A DNA stretch of 64,000 nt, taken from assembly GCA_964035545.1 (NCBI GenBank), contig OZ037768.1, positions 10,076,741-10,140,740 of the forward strand, given 5' to 3'. This DNA comes from Bugula neritina. Its lineage: Eukaryota > Animalia > Bryozoa. Below, piece after piece: positions 50,430 through 63,504 of this stretch; within the stretch, counting starts at the first letter, position 1; every line of letters begins with the position of its first letter. Under the pieces are notes generated by a model. The model was not told where the DNA came from. It saw only the letters and a list, made by a program, of their open reading frames with translations, and searched no databases. The position numbers and the translations under genes were made by a program.

Positions 50430-50710
50430 ATGTAAACTAAAACTGTAATTCTAATACTAATAGTAATTACTAATTTAAATTAGTATAAGTAAACCACTAA
50501 ATCAGTAAATGTAATTGTAAAGCTTTAAGTTTAAGTTTACCTTTAACTTAAACTTAAGGTTAAAGGCTTTAAGTTTAACTCATTAAGTTTAACTTTAACT
50601 TTACTTCAACGCTAACAGTTAAAGTTTAAGTGATACTAGTACAGTGACACTCATACTCGTAGTCATACTAATAGAAATACTCATAACTCACCTCGTAACT
50701 CACCTCGTAA
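50430..50710. repeat. Cryptic 6-bp-periodic tract upstream of the CNBP-like gene
   Basis: TTTAAG/TTTAAC runs and CATACT CGTAGT CATACT AATAGA AATACT CATAAC. Confidence 0.65.
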
Positions 50711-50866
50711 AAATTAGAACACTGTGCTAACACCTACAGGCGTAAAATTATGAGTGCCTCTTATGTTGTTTTTGTTTGGGTTTACCATGTGTTGAAATGT
50801 ATCTATTCTAGCATGTAGCTAAGTTTGGATATTTTAATTGTAATGTAAAGGGGTTTTAGCACAAAG

Positions 50867-51889
50867 CTAAGCTGAGTTTGTGTTATGAGGTGGTATCCTC
50901 AAATATCTGATGCTTCGAGGGAGAAAACTGTTGTGAAAGGTCTGTGAGGATGCAGAAATTGATGTTGGTTCTCCTCTCTTAGCAGATCGAGTGTTTATTG
51001 ACCGATTTGAATTTAATAATTCATCATAGGCAGATGAAAGCGTTTCATGGCGCTCTTCATCTGAGAGTATTCTCATTAAAAAAGTTATTCTATGGTCTCT
51101 TCGTTGGCTCGCAAGAGTTTTAAGCTGCAATTCAGTTTGAGCGTCACTGATGCCACATCTTCCTTTGAGGTTAGCGATAAACCTGATGGCTTGATTTTGA
51201 ACATGTTCAATTTCCTCACAGGCACTTTTGTTAGTCGGATCCCACAACGTGTCTGCATACTCAAGGATAGGTCTACATAGACTAAGGTATGCAATTAATT
51301 TTGCCTTCATGGGTGCATTGTAGATTGTATGCTTGATACAGCCAAGTATTTTGCTTGCATTGTTGACTTTAGATGTAATATGTCTGTCAAACTTTAGGTT
51401 AGACTGCATGATTACTCCAAGATATTTGGCCTCTTTAACTGTTCTAAGAGTGGTGTCACCAAGTGAATATAGATGGGAGGTGTCATCAGTTTTACCAAAT
51501 ATAATCACTTCGCACTCATCGGTATTAAACGGCATTTTCCATTTAAGTGACCAGTTATAAAGTGAGTTTAGGTCTCTCTGAAAGGCTTCCTGTTGTATTT
51601 TGTTGTTAACTTCAGCATATAGAAGTGTGTCGTCAGCATATAGACTAACTTTGCATAAGACAGATTGAGGGAGATCATTGATGTAAATTAGGAAGAGTGT
51701 TGGTCCAAGAACTGATCCTTGGAGGACTCCAGATGTTACACTTAGTTCAGATGATTCCGTCCCTTTGATCACCACTTTTTGACTTCCGTCAGTCAAAAAG
51801 CTCTGTATCCAATTGGCAATAAATGGGTCAATTCCTTTAATTCGCCTGATTTTCTCTATGAGTAGTAAATGAGGAACTTTATCGAAGGC
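50867..51889 (-). mobile_element. 5'-truncated non-LTR retrotransposon (CR1/L2 group), RT C-terminal half, frame still open
   Basis: AFDKVPH...SGVLQGSVLGPTLFLIYINDLP...LYADD...YLGV...RPILEYADTLWDP...SFLPRSI. No endonuclease region is present. Confidence 0.9.
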
Positions 51890-52329
51890 CTACTGATAGT
51901 GATTATCATTATTAAAGAATTAAATATATAAGATTATCGTTATTATATTTAATTTTATTTTAATTTAAATGTCAAATGATTTAAGTCTACTTTCGGGACA
52001 CAATCATATTGATATTCAATTTCGTATGGATATTAATAATATATTTATTAATACAAGTCTAAAGTTTTGTAGTTGTTATTTACATTTTGTTGGTTTGTGT
52101 AATTTCCTTCCAGTTCCAGTGCGGTACCAGTACCAATGTCCAGTGTAGTATGAGTATAAGTATCCCTCTAGGCTCTAGTTCAGTTCAGTTTGGGGGAGTT
52201 TCCCACTAAGAACCCCTGGAGGGTGAATGCATGGGAACTCGATATATGCATATACATAATATATGCATATAATACGTATATACTCTTTTTTTATATTAGA
52301 TCATTTATTTTATTTTATTTCTCTTTAGT

Positions 52330-53450
52330 AATGGGGTTTCATAGTAAAATGTAAGTAAACAAATTTAAAACCAACACTTTAGTCTAAATTCCATCTCTCA
52401 ACTCTCTAATAGTTCGAGGATAAAAAGAGTGAAAATATACTTTTGAAGATATTGCAGGCAAGAAAAACTTCGAGCGTTGTCTGGTATTAATTGGAGGTTG
52501 TGGAGCAACATATTCTTGATTCTTGATTTATTAAATTATTTTCTATACATTTGAAAAGTAGTTTTTGTCGCAATTCTTTTCGACGGTCTTTCATGGATTT
52601 AATTTCTGTGGCTTCTCGCAGATTACTGTAGCTTACTTGTGATCTTATAGAAAAAATAAAACGCAATGCTTTATTTGAACTTTTTTAATAATTTTAATAT
52701 CTTTTTTTAAAATAGGATCCCAAACCTGACAACCATATTCCAACTTTGACCTTACTAAACTGTAATATGCAACAAGCTTAGTTTTTGTGTCTGCAAATTT
52801 TAGTACTCTTTTTATCATTCCCAGGGTTTTATAGGCGTTGGTTATTGTTTTATTTATATGATTGGTCCACTTCATGTCATAACTAAATTCAATACCTAAA
52901 TATGGATGTGATTCTACGTTACTTAATCTAGTGTTATTCAAAATATATATTATATCAGAATTTTTTTCACCAACTGATATAACTGAGCATTTAGCTGCAT
53001 TAAATCACATCTGCCAGGTATGGGACCATTTCTCCTCGGTGTTTAGATCTTGTTGTAGCTGATTTTTATTTTTTCTGACATTGAAAAGCAATGCATCATC
53101 TGCAAACAATCGGATCTGCGAGTAGATACCTAGTGGTAAGTCGTTGATATAGATAAGAAAGAGCAAAGGCCCTAGGACCGACCCTTGAGGTACACGGGAT
53201 ATCACTTTTACCTCATTAGATGGTGAATTGTCCACAATTACAAACTGCTTTCGAAAGGACAAAAATTGGTCAATCCATAAATAGATCAAGCAATTTATAC
53301 CATACATTGATAATTTTTGTAACAACTCTTTATGGTTAACGGAATCAAAGGCCTTACTAAAATCCAAAACAACAAGATCAGTTATACTACCATGTGCTAT
53401 ATTTAAGGATAACTCATTAGCGGTATATGCCAACTGAGTTTCACAGGACC
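52330..53450 (-). mobile_element. Degraded 5'-truncated non-LTR retrotransposon (CR1/L2 group, different family)
   Basis: SCETQL...LDFSKAFDSVNH...VPQGSVLGPLLFLIYINDLP...LFADD, then frameshifts, YLGI...RSKLEYGCQVWDP and FHSFYPRTI. Confidence 0.88.
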
Positions 53451-54366
53451 TAGGAGTAAGAATAGTAGTAAATTTTTAATTTTAGCACTTTAGCTTTGCA
53501 CTTGGTTGAGATATTGATAAACAGGACTTCTCTCAATTTAAGAGTATAACTTATTCTTATAGTTATAGTTGTGCACTTGAAGAAGTCCTATGCAGTATAC
53601 TATAACTATAAGTATAGCTGTTGAGTATAACAGTTACAATAGCTATAGCCCATAACTCACTAAGTAATACTATTTATAATTTAATTATTTAATATTACTA
53701 CAAATTATGTTGAGTAATATTATGATTAATGCTCCATAGGCTATGAGTATAATTAATAAAATTAAGTGTCTTGTTGCTATTAAAGTGAAGCAGAGCTATA
53801 AGATTAAAGCTGGGTAGACACATTTGATTTCAGTACCGTGATAATGATAATACTATTACTATAAAAAATGCGCTATTAGAATTAAACTTAATATTGGTGG
53901 TAAATCTTAAATTATAGGCACAGATATAACAAATATGTTGAAAACAAGCAGGTTGTCCCTTCAACTTTCAAAGTCGGCATTCCTTTTTTCTGGTCATTTT
54001 TTATCAGATTGGTTATCATTATACTTTATAGTTTATTGTTTCTTTAATAAGGCTAATAATCAGTGGCTGTGTGGCTCAAAGCCCATGAAGTGACTTCAAG
54101 TTTAACTATTACTAATAATTATTTAATCGTTACAATTGAATAATCATTTATTTTGTTTTACAATGATCAGTCGAAATTATATTTAAACATTAAATGGTAT
54201 TAGGATGTTTGTGATTTTGGTGAAAAGAATATCACTCGTAGTATAATTGCTAGCTATATGTTTTTATTCAGAAATAACATTTTGTACTTTTTTGGGCCTA
54301 ACTTATAAGGATATGCATTTAGGCTTAGGAATTTGAATATTGATGAGCTTTTTAACACTTTAGATT

Positions 54367-57300
54367 ATGGCTTCCGAAAGTGCTTATCCTCCCTTTAGCA
54401 GACTGTTCATCATAGGAGACAAAAGGGCAAAAGAAGAAGATTATACTACATCTTTTGACAAGTTTGGAGAAATAGCAACAGTAACATTTATTAAAGATAA
54501 AAGCGGTCAAAATAAAGGTGTCAAATCTTGAACCTAAATTAATACTTTTTTATTAGTATGACATTGAGCCACATCTTTTTTGTTTAAAAGGTGAACAACT
54601 TATACACGTATGTATTTCTTGTAGAAAAACACATGCCTATAAGTCTGTTCATAGTAGAATATTTTTGTGATTAACTAAGCATTTTTGCCCATCACTGTGA
54701 TTGGAAAAACTTGGTGTTTGGCAATGTTTTCCATATAAAGAAATTAGTGGGTAAATGAGTTGTTTTTCAAAAACAGTGTTTGCCTAATTGGTGTAGGGGT
54801 TTAGAAGTTACATATTTGAGCATTTCTTTAGTAGGCTCAGTTGATGATGCATGACCTACAAATGCTTCTTGATTTCTATTGAATATTTTAATTTTTGTTA
54901 GCATCTGTCTGTCACCTCTATGTGTATCGGGTTGTCACAATTTTGTTTGTTGGTGCTTGATTTTATTAGAAAAGTTTTTTCATAAAAATGTTAATAGATA
55001 TTCATCAGTTTTTTCCGATATTACTCATTCAGCCTGATAAAAATTGATTTCAAGTACGAACTGAATTTATGTAGGTAATTTTTCTACTCCAATTGGGAAT
55101 TAATCCAACCTAATATGAGCTGTAATTTTGGGAATTGGCTATCTAGTGAGCAAAGTAGGTTATAATTGAACCTAGTTTTTCGTAGTAAAAAGAAAACTTA
55201 ATAGTTTGTAACACTCCTGTAATTATGGAGTCCAGTGAAATACGTGATGGTTACTATTGAAATTATCATTATTCTTTGTAAGCCACAGTCTTGCATCTTT
55301 TTAATACCAACTGTTTCATCTGCATAGATTTGCTTTTTCAGGCATAGTCTACATACAGATGAAAAAAACTTCAGATGCATGCAAAGCTGTTGAGGCAATG
55401 GATGGACAGTGTGTTGGAGACTCCACACGCCCACTGAAGGTACTATAATTTATCACAGTGTGACAAATCATAGATTTAATAGATTTTCTAATTTCTTTAT
55501 TTTCAAAAGCAGCTTCATATACATTTTTATGAAGCTGCTTTTGAAAAATTGATCAAAAGATGTACAATCATGGTGGGCACAAATCTAATTTAGGGCTGTA
55601 TATTAGAAACATGAGAAGAGAGTCTTTTCATTTTCTGATTTAATGTCGATTAAAGAAAAAAAATTACATTGCTTTGTTATATGATTATATATTTTTTACT
55701 TTGCCAGAAAATTCACAGGTTTCATTTGCCACCCCAACTGTCACTTTTATTTTGCGTACCACGTATTCTGAATTTTTAAATAGATCAATATCATATCGAT
55801 TTTAATTCGTTAGTATACAGGTAATAACATATATTTTTAGCTCAGTTAAATTCATCTACTTCTTGAGTATATCAACAACTTTTTATTAATATGTACTCTT
55901 AAGTTTTGACACTTTTTAGTTGATATAGATTATCTCTTCATTCACCTTTTTAAGCTCACTGCACTCTGCTAAGTAAAGGGGTATTATGGTTTTTTTTCTG
56001 AATGCATTATGTTGTGGTGTTGTAATATTGAACTATGTGTGACCTGTAATCACTTTAAGTAACATTGTGTAGGTGTTGATTGCTACAAATAGATCGGATT
56101 CTTCAACCGATGAAGATATTATGGCTCAGGTGTCCAGGCTGTTTGTTGTGATACCAAAAACTCATACCGAAGAAGATGTTCGACAAATTTTTGAGGTTCT
56201 TTAAATAGTAAAATCTTGGAAAAGCCACAATTAAACAATATGCTATTATTTTTCTTTGTGAACAATGGTCTTATTGTGAAAATAGTTATTACAGCAACTA
56301 CAATGCCGATTTTACTATACTAACATATCTAAGAGAAATTAAGACTCCACATTGTGTATGTGCTAAGGTTAGAATGATTGATTTAGACCTTTGTGCTTCA
56401 AAATTCTTTGCAACAAATTTTAAGAACTGTATATTTATATAATTGTGAACATATGTGCATAGCTTCAATTTGGAGTTATAAATTCTTATATGCCTGCATA
56501 AGAAATTCACTGTTATTTGTTGAAAATAACATTGTCCATAATCGTAATAAATTAGGGTATTTACTGTGTTTACTGTTTGAATAGCATTTCACATGCCATT
56601 ATATTTTTTATTCGTTTATTAGAAATATGGTAAAATTCGAAAAATCGTTGTTGTCAAAGACAAAAAGACTAATGAATCTCGTGGCTTGTCTTATGTTACC
56701 TTTCAAAAAGCATCTGATGCAGCCATGGCATATGAAGATTGTAGTTCAGGTAAACTTTTAATACTCTTTAATTAGAATGTCGTGTCACTATCTCTTTAAT
56801 GAAACAGCTGGTAAGGCCTAGATAATGGTTAGATAGTATCGGAAAATAAATTATTATGAAAATAGAAGTTTTTTTATTAGTTTATGCTTGCTTGGCATGG
56901 CTTATTTCAAGGTTAGAAACTCATAAAAAGTTTTTGGCTTGATCCTAGTTATTTTCAAAGGAAAAATCTTCAAATGTTTCTTTGTTATGGTTGTAGCTTG
57001 CTAATACTAAATCTATTTTCGGTTTACATTCACCAGCCCTCAGTTTACATTGATAGAATCTCAAAGTTAAAATTAATGTCAACCTATTAACTATTTGCAA
57101 AGGACTTTATGATTGACATGTCTTTTCCATAGTGTGATGTAGAATCAAACTAAAATATTTTTATTTTTTAATATTTTACTAAAATCCTAAATTTATCATT
57201 CTACAGACTTCAGGCCTAAGTTTGCTGATCCAGTTCCTCGTAAAAGGCAGTTTGACGATGCAGATAGCAGAAGTTTTGATGGAATGCGTGGATCTGGGAT

Positions 57301-60300
57301 AGGAAGCATGTCTATGAATTCTGGCCAAGGTATTGTTGTCTTTTTCTTTATGCAATGTTATGTTCCTAATCATTAGCAGTAAACATCTTTGGCAGATCTC
57401 TATAGTAGTGTTCCATAAATTACTTTTATTAAGCATGTTTTTGTTTTTGCCGCAAATCTCAAAAACTTGTCTTTAAAAATCATTTATTATATGTATCTAA
57501 AGATGAATTTAAAACTTTTTATAGTTTTTACCTGTTCCACGTGAAAAAGAATAAATTTCCTTGTATGTGGATGTCATGCACCTATTGAGTTATGTCATTG
57601 TCCACATATATAAACAAAATTGTTATTCTGCAACAACTATGTACGTAAATCGTTTCTTTTTTCACCATTCTTAAATATTTGTGCGCCGAGTTGAAATATT
57701 AATATTGTATGTATCAACATGCAGGAAGAATGGTCCGATTGGGACAAGTTTCACTTAACAAGCATGACATTTATTTTTCTATGTGTTACATGTATGTTTT
57801 TTGTTTGGATTGGTATTACTTATACGTTTCTCTAAAAAAGAATTTGACAAATGTATTGCTGGCAAATGGAGCAGTTAAATTTAATTTTCTCATTACAGAA
57901 CTTTCGCATTTTTACATTTAAAAACTCTTTAAAATATAGCTACGTTGGTCAATTGTCCAAGTGAAACTTTTAATTTCATGTTTTCCACTTCTGCGGTTTT
58001 AATTAAGAGGTTAGTTGCTGTGATAGATAGATTTTTAACCAAGTTTTCTTGGTGTTTTTGCTCTCTCATTTTCAGAGAACTGGTTGCAGTTTTGCTTTAA
58101 AAACCAAGCGAATCTATTTCCGTAGATAGGTTTTGTCATTTTAAAAATGTTGACACATCTCAAGTTTTTATAATAAAGGTATGACATATCATGGTTCCTT
58201 ATTTAGACTAAACAATCTGACATTATACACCAAAGTTGACCAAAATACCTCTATTCAACAATCAAAATTTAGTAGTAGTTGCTTAGTGTCCACATATAAT
58301 GTGAACATTCAATAATTCAATTGTTGCATGATGTCCAGATGTATGGACGCTGCACATGAGTGTGGTTTCTGGTATAATACTGTGACTTGAAAGCTGATGT
58401 GGTTCTAAATTTGTTGAAGCAAAATTTGAGGTTTATCACCACCAATTTTTCAAAGTTTAGCCTTTTCACATTGTTGCCAACACTATGGGGATTGTTACCG
58501 TGAACATAGTGTTTTCCGTCGCTCTCAGCTGAATCAATGGTGAAAGACTATGGACAAGTGAAGCTCCTGAAGTTTAATTAAATAAGTTTCAATCAAAGCT
58601 AGTCTCATCATTTATTCTAATTAGTTGGGATATCTAAAAAGTTGAAGGAAGACATTTAAAACTGAAGACATGATCTTCATACTGTAAACTCTTTTCATAC
58701 TTCAATAGCAGCCTACTACTCTCTAAATCATTTAGCGGCTTAAAATTAGTTTTTTGCTTTTATATTATCACTAGTTTATTAATGAATTCTGTCTGTTTTG
58801 TTGTAAAACATGCTGCATTAATATTCCAAGACATGCTACATATATATGAATAATTTTTTTCTCCGGTATTCTGCATATGTAGTCAAACATTTATTCTAAT
58901 TTTGACAATGTTTTCAGGGCCTGCGGATTTCATGGCAAACTTTCCCCATAACAATCAATTTTATCTGAAGGTGAGAACTCCTAAAGGACTGACTCAGCAT
59001 CAGTTGACTAGACTGTTCAATATCGTACCGACTCTTGAATTCTGTAGACTTGCGACTAATCAATTCAGCACGACAGGTTTGCACAACTACCCGTGTCCTT
59101 TCCCAACACTTAACTGTACTTCACTGTTGATTTAGTTGTTATAACATTTTTATGTTCTGTTGAAGAATTCAACTATGTAACATTTTACTCTAACTGCTAG
59201 AGCTGATAGCTCTAAACTTACACACCCAGTGAGTATCTCAATGTCTGCTGACTTGACAGAGTTACAGGTAATCTTCCAGCTACTTTTACCCACTAAAAAC
59301 TAGAAATACTTCTTACACTTCACTCTCAACTTACAGATAAAATGTCGCATCGAAAACCTCACTATGGTTGGTACTCTCTGTCAAATAACATTCATTGCTT
59401 TTGAGCTGAAATAATTTATTAAAATATTTCAGCACAGAACAATATTCATTAAAGAGCTTTAGGGAAACTTTTTTTTAGAAATAATCCCAAGTTCCTGAAG
59501 CTTTATTGCATTTCATCTATTGTGTTTTAGATTTTATAGCAGATTTTTCGATGTTGCAGATACAGCCATAGTTGGATTTTCGTCTGCTAGTTGCTGTGCT
59601 TATGCTAAGGAAGCTCTTCATGGTTTTGAATATCCTCCTGGCTGTCCTTTAGACATTGAATATTACGACGGTAACGGGTATGTTAATGCTTTTTATTTAT
59701 TCTGAATTTTATCAAAAATATTTTGAAATGCAAATATATTATCAACTTTAAAAGCAAGCTACTAGTTTCTATTTCGTTTCATTTTTAGTATGGATGAGAG
59801 TGGGTATGGTAGCTACAGCAACGGTGCTGCTAGTGGCATGTACACAGGCTCTCAAAGCTATTCACAAACCCAGATGTACGGTCAACAAACTGCAGGGAGG
59901 AGTAGCTACCAACCTCCCAGTCCACCTTCTGGCACAACTGTCTTGCCTAATAGTGAAACTAAGAAGCGTTTGTTCATCGTCTCGTATCCAGAGCGAGTTT
60001 CTACTCGAGTGTTATCGGACATGTTCAGTCGATTTGGAAACTTTATTTCAGTCAGTTACATACCAGGTAACTCCTTGAAGTTCATTTATTTATCAATATT
60101 AGTTTCATTGTTTATGGTTTGTGTGCAAGTACCAAATGCATGTTTATTGAAGTATATTGAGCTTTCAGTTTCTTTTAGACATGTGATGTTTTAATGTGAA
60201 GTTTAAATTGACTATTATTTTCTACGCAGGCAAGAATTATGGCTTTGCAAAATTTGCAAGTGTTGAAAGTGCAGACAATGCACAAAAGTACATGCATGGA

Positions 60301-60378
60301 GAAAATATTTCTGGTAATAACCTGAAATGTCTTGAAGCTGAAGACCCTCCTCCTGAAAGCAAGAAAGCCAAGAATTGA
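54367..60378 (+). CDS. RBM45: RNA-binding protein 45 (four RRMs), about 9 coding exons
   Basis: MASESAYPPFSRLFII... ; SDACKAVEAMDGQCVGDSTRPLK|VLIA ; SRLFVVIPKTHTEEDVR ; KTNESRGLSYVTFQKASDAAMAYEDC..FRPKFADP ; LTRLFNIVPTLEFC ; AYAKEALHGFEYPPGCPL ; KKRLFIVSYP...FSRFGNFISVSYIPG|KNYGFAKF...MHGENISGNNLKCLEAEDP. These match the RBM45 motif series. Confidence 0.92.
55500..55547. other. Perfect 20-bp-stem hairpin in RBM45 intron 2
   Basis: TTTTCAAAAGCAGCTTCATA - 8-nt loop - TATGAAGCTGCTTTTGAAAA. Confidence 0.85.
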
Positions 60379-60602
60379 TACAGGCATTCAATTGACTCTT
60401 GTATTCCAATGATTTTTAGTTTGTGTAGTAGCAAGTGTCATACATTCTTGTTAAGCCAATTTGTATATTCTCCACATTGGATTTGCCTATTATTCACATT
60501 GTAACTATCTTATAAATAATCATAGTCTTGCTATGTTGTGTGTTCATCAGTGTACAATAAACATGGCTGCTGTCTTGAAACCATTAGCAGTTTGTTGTCT
60601 CC

Positions 60603-62718
60603 TCACTCGTCGACTGCACGCTGGCTACATCTTTCCTCCATTGTTGTAATCATAGCATTCCACCTTTCAAACTGTTTTGTAACGGCACTTATCTGAATGG
60701 CATAATTAAGGATTATAAAAAATGAATACCAATACATTTTCACAAGTATAGTTTTAACTGCTATTACCAATGGTGTAAAGTATTTGTGCAAAAACTTCTG
60801 TACTATGTAAAAGGATACAGCTTTGTTGTAGTTGTCCACTAGTTGTTTGCTCTCATCTAAGCATGACGACACTTCCTCCTGCATCATAAGAATTATATTG
60901 ACTAATACAACAAAGAATTTCTACACTTCATAGGACATAGATTTTATGTCAGCAAGAATTACTATTTGCTCTTAGCAAGTAGTAGGTATTGAACTGTCAT
61001 GTTTTGCTATGCAAATTTAGTACATAATATGTTTACCTTTTGTAGTCCTTGTTTCTGAGAAACTTGTAATAACTTAATATTCAGATCTGATGTAACTGAA
61101 ATACAATTATATCGTCAATAAGCAATAACAACATTTAGTTCCATACACAACACAAATTCATAATTTAGTTGACTTGACCACACTAATAAACACTAAAGGT
61201 TTCAAGAGTTGCAACTGTTAATTGGTAATCAGGTAGTGGTTGCGCTAGTTCAAGAAGCTAATATATTCCATTCTCAGCACCAATAACTTGACCAAGTTGT
61301 GCTTTTGAGATTTTATAATAATCATAAAATATATTTGCGGTTCGAATTAAGTTGCCAAATTAAATCTTAGCTTCAACATTTTCACTACAAGAAATATCGA
61401 GCATTTACAAATTACCAACTTTATGTAGGACATGTCTTAAGAACAGAAACATGATTAGCATTATCCATTCAATGTTGAGCATCACCCATTTTCTCACGTT
61501 ACGTTTTCATATTAAATACAATAGTAGTGCCCATCTTAAATGGTTCAGCAACATTTAGGCTGTATAAAGTTCCCATGGAACAGTTTTTAACTAGCAGCAG
61601 CTTCATATAAAACAACTTGTATTATCAATTATACAAATTATATCTCAAGATGTCAATGGCTGATTAAAACAATAGACTGGTTACTAATTACCTCTGCTTT
61701 TTAGATGTTCGCTCTCTAAAACCCATTTCAAACGGTCAACATTCTCCAGCTGTTGCACTTGCTCTTTTAGTTGTTTTTCACCTTGAAAGTAAATTCACAG
61801 CCTTTTAATAAAACATAACATAGCACTCTATACTTTATAACTTGACCACAAAGAAATTGCTGTTGTATTTGTGTAGCAGAGGAAGTAAAACCAAATCTTA
61901 TAGATCATATCTGAACTTACTAGTCTCAATATAATCAACCATAGCTTTAGGTGGTTTGCTTAGGACATCAGAGTGACACAAAGAGACATACTTCTGTAAA
62001 TCATCCACTAAAATATACAAAATATATTTCATATCTAATCCACATTTTACAGCTCACTTTAACTGTTAAATGCATCAACCTGCTGAAAGGTTGCCATTCT
62101 AATAACTGGTGAGAATAATGATATGCTTACATGGCAGTCATTGATGATATTGAACTCATGGTCTATCACACACTCAAACACCTTCATTTAAATGTCCATT
62201 CAACTAACATCTCATAGATAAACTTGACTATGCCATTATTCATATAATTATTCTAAATCTCTTGAATTATATAGTGAACACTCACACTGACTATAAATCT
62301 TTTTAAGGTTTTTACTTGCTCTCTCTGCATCTTTTATTTTAGTATTATATTTTTCCACTTCTTGAATAATCTGCAAAAAAATTAGAAATTCATCAAAAAA
62401 CTTATCTCACTTTTGCAATCAACCTATACTTTGTATCAGAAACTTTCTTTAAACTCATCTTTTAGCTAAATGGCTAGACTCTAGAGCATCTATGTGCAAC
62501 TAAGTATAATGAAATCGATTTAAATATGTATAATATATTAAAATATTTGTTAAATAAAATTTCGGGTGGTTACAAATTAACAAAGGCAACAAAAAAGCAA
62601 ATTATTAGAACTACCATCTACTTGTTACCTTGACATCTACAGCTTTGTTAGTGTCTTTGCCACATAAAAACTTTTCTAATAGAGCAACTCTATCATCAAA
62701 TGAGCTCAGTTTTTCCAT
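60603..62718 (-). CDS. DCTN3: Dynactin subunit 3 (p22/p24), 7 coding exons
   Basis: Spliced translation MEKLSSFDDRVALLEKFLCG...|IIQEVEKYN...KNLKKIYSQ|LDDLQKYVS...KAMVDYIET|SEKQLKEQVQQLENVDRLKWVLESEHLK..|VTSDLNIKLLQVSQKQGLQK|EEVSSCLDESKQLVDNYNKA|ISAVTKQFERWNAMITTMEE...* is colinear with human DCTN3 as recalled (RVEELERWVYG...EESKALLEEYNK...SKQFVQWD). Confidence 0.85.
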
Positions 62719-63504
62719 GACCTTTTTCTACAAATAGAAAGCAAGTACGAGTTGGCTTGATGAAAAAAGTTGCACGAAAAACTTCTTAACTAGTGGATAA
62801 GTTTATTTATCATTGATATTAAGGCACAGATTCATGTCACCCTATAACCATTTATATTTTCATTTTTAAGACAAGATGTCTGTCTTGAAGGATCAGCAAT
62901 AAAAGAACACCCAATTATGCATTTACAATAACAGCCTCAGTCATAAAACTAATTCTCCAAACCACAATGTCAATTACTCTAGGCTCTTGACTGTGAGCCA
63001 TAATATTAAAAAGTGTCATACACTATAAATGCAAGTTTTCAAAAACAAAAGCCGTGACAATATTTTAGTGCGTGAGAAAGAGAGACCATAATTTTTTCAT
63101 CATGCTTTCCATTTAAATTGTTTAATAAATAATGCTCAACTCAAATTGATGTTCATCATTTTAGCTAAAAAGTTTTTCAAAGTAAAAAATAATCAAATGC
63201 AATAGTTATTATTCCAATGTAACTGATTACTAAATAATGATAAAAAATTTATAAATATTCAAGTAATACTATTACTATTAGCATTATAATTTGTTTACAT
63301 TATAATATTCATAATAATTACCATCATTTTTATACTATTTTAGCCAGCCATCATTATGATTATCAATATCATATTTTAATTTATTGTGAGGCTGAGCCTC
63401 ATTTTATTATTCATTGTGATACTGATAGTGATTGTCATTGACTAATAAGATTGAGACTTTGAGTGTTACTGTTTGTCATTGCGATTGTGATCGTCATCAT
63501 CAGA

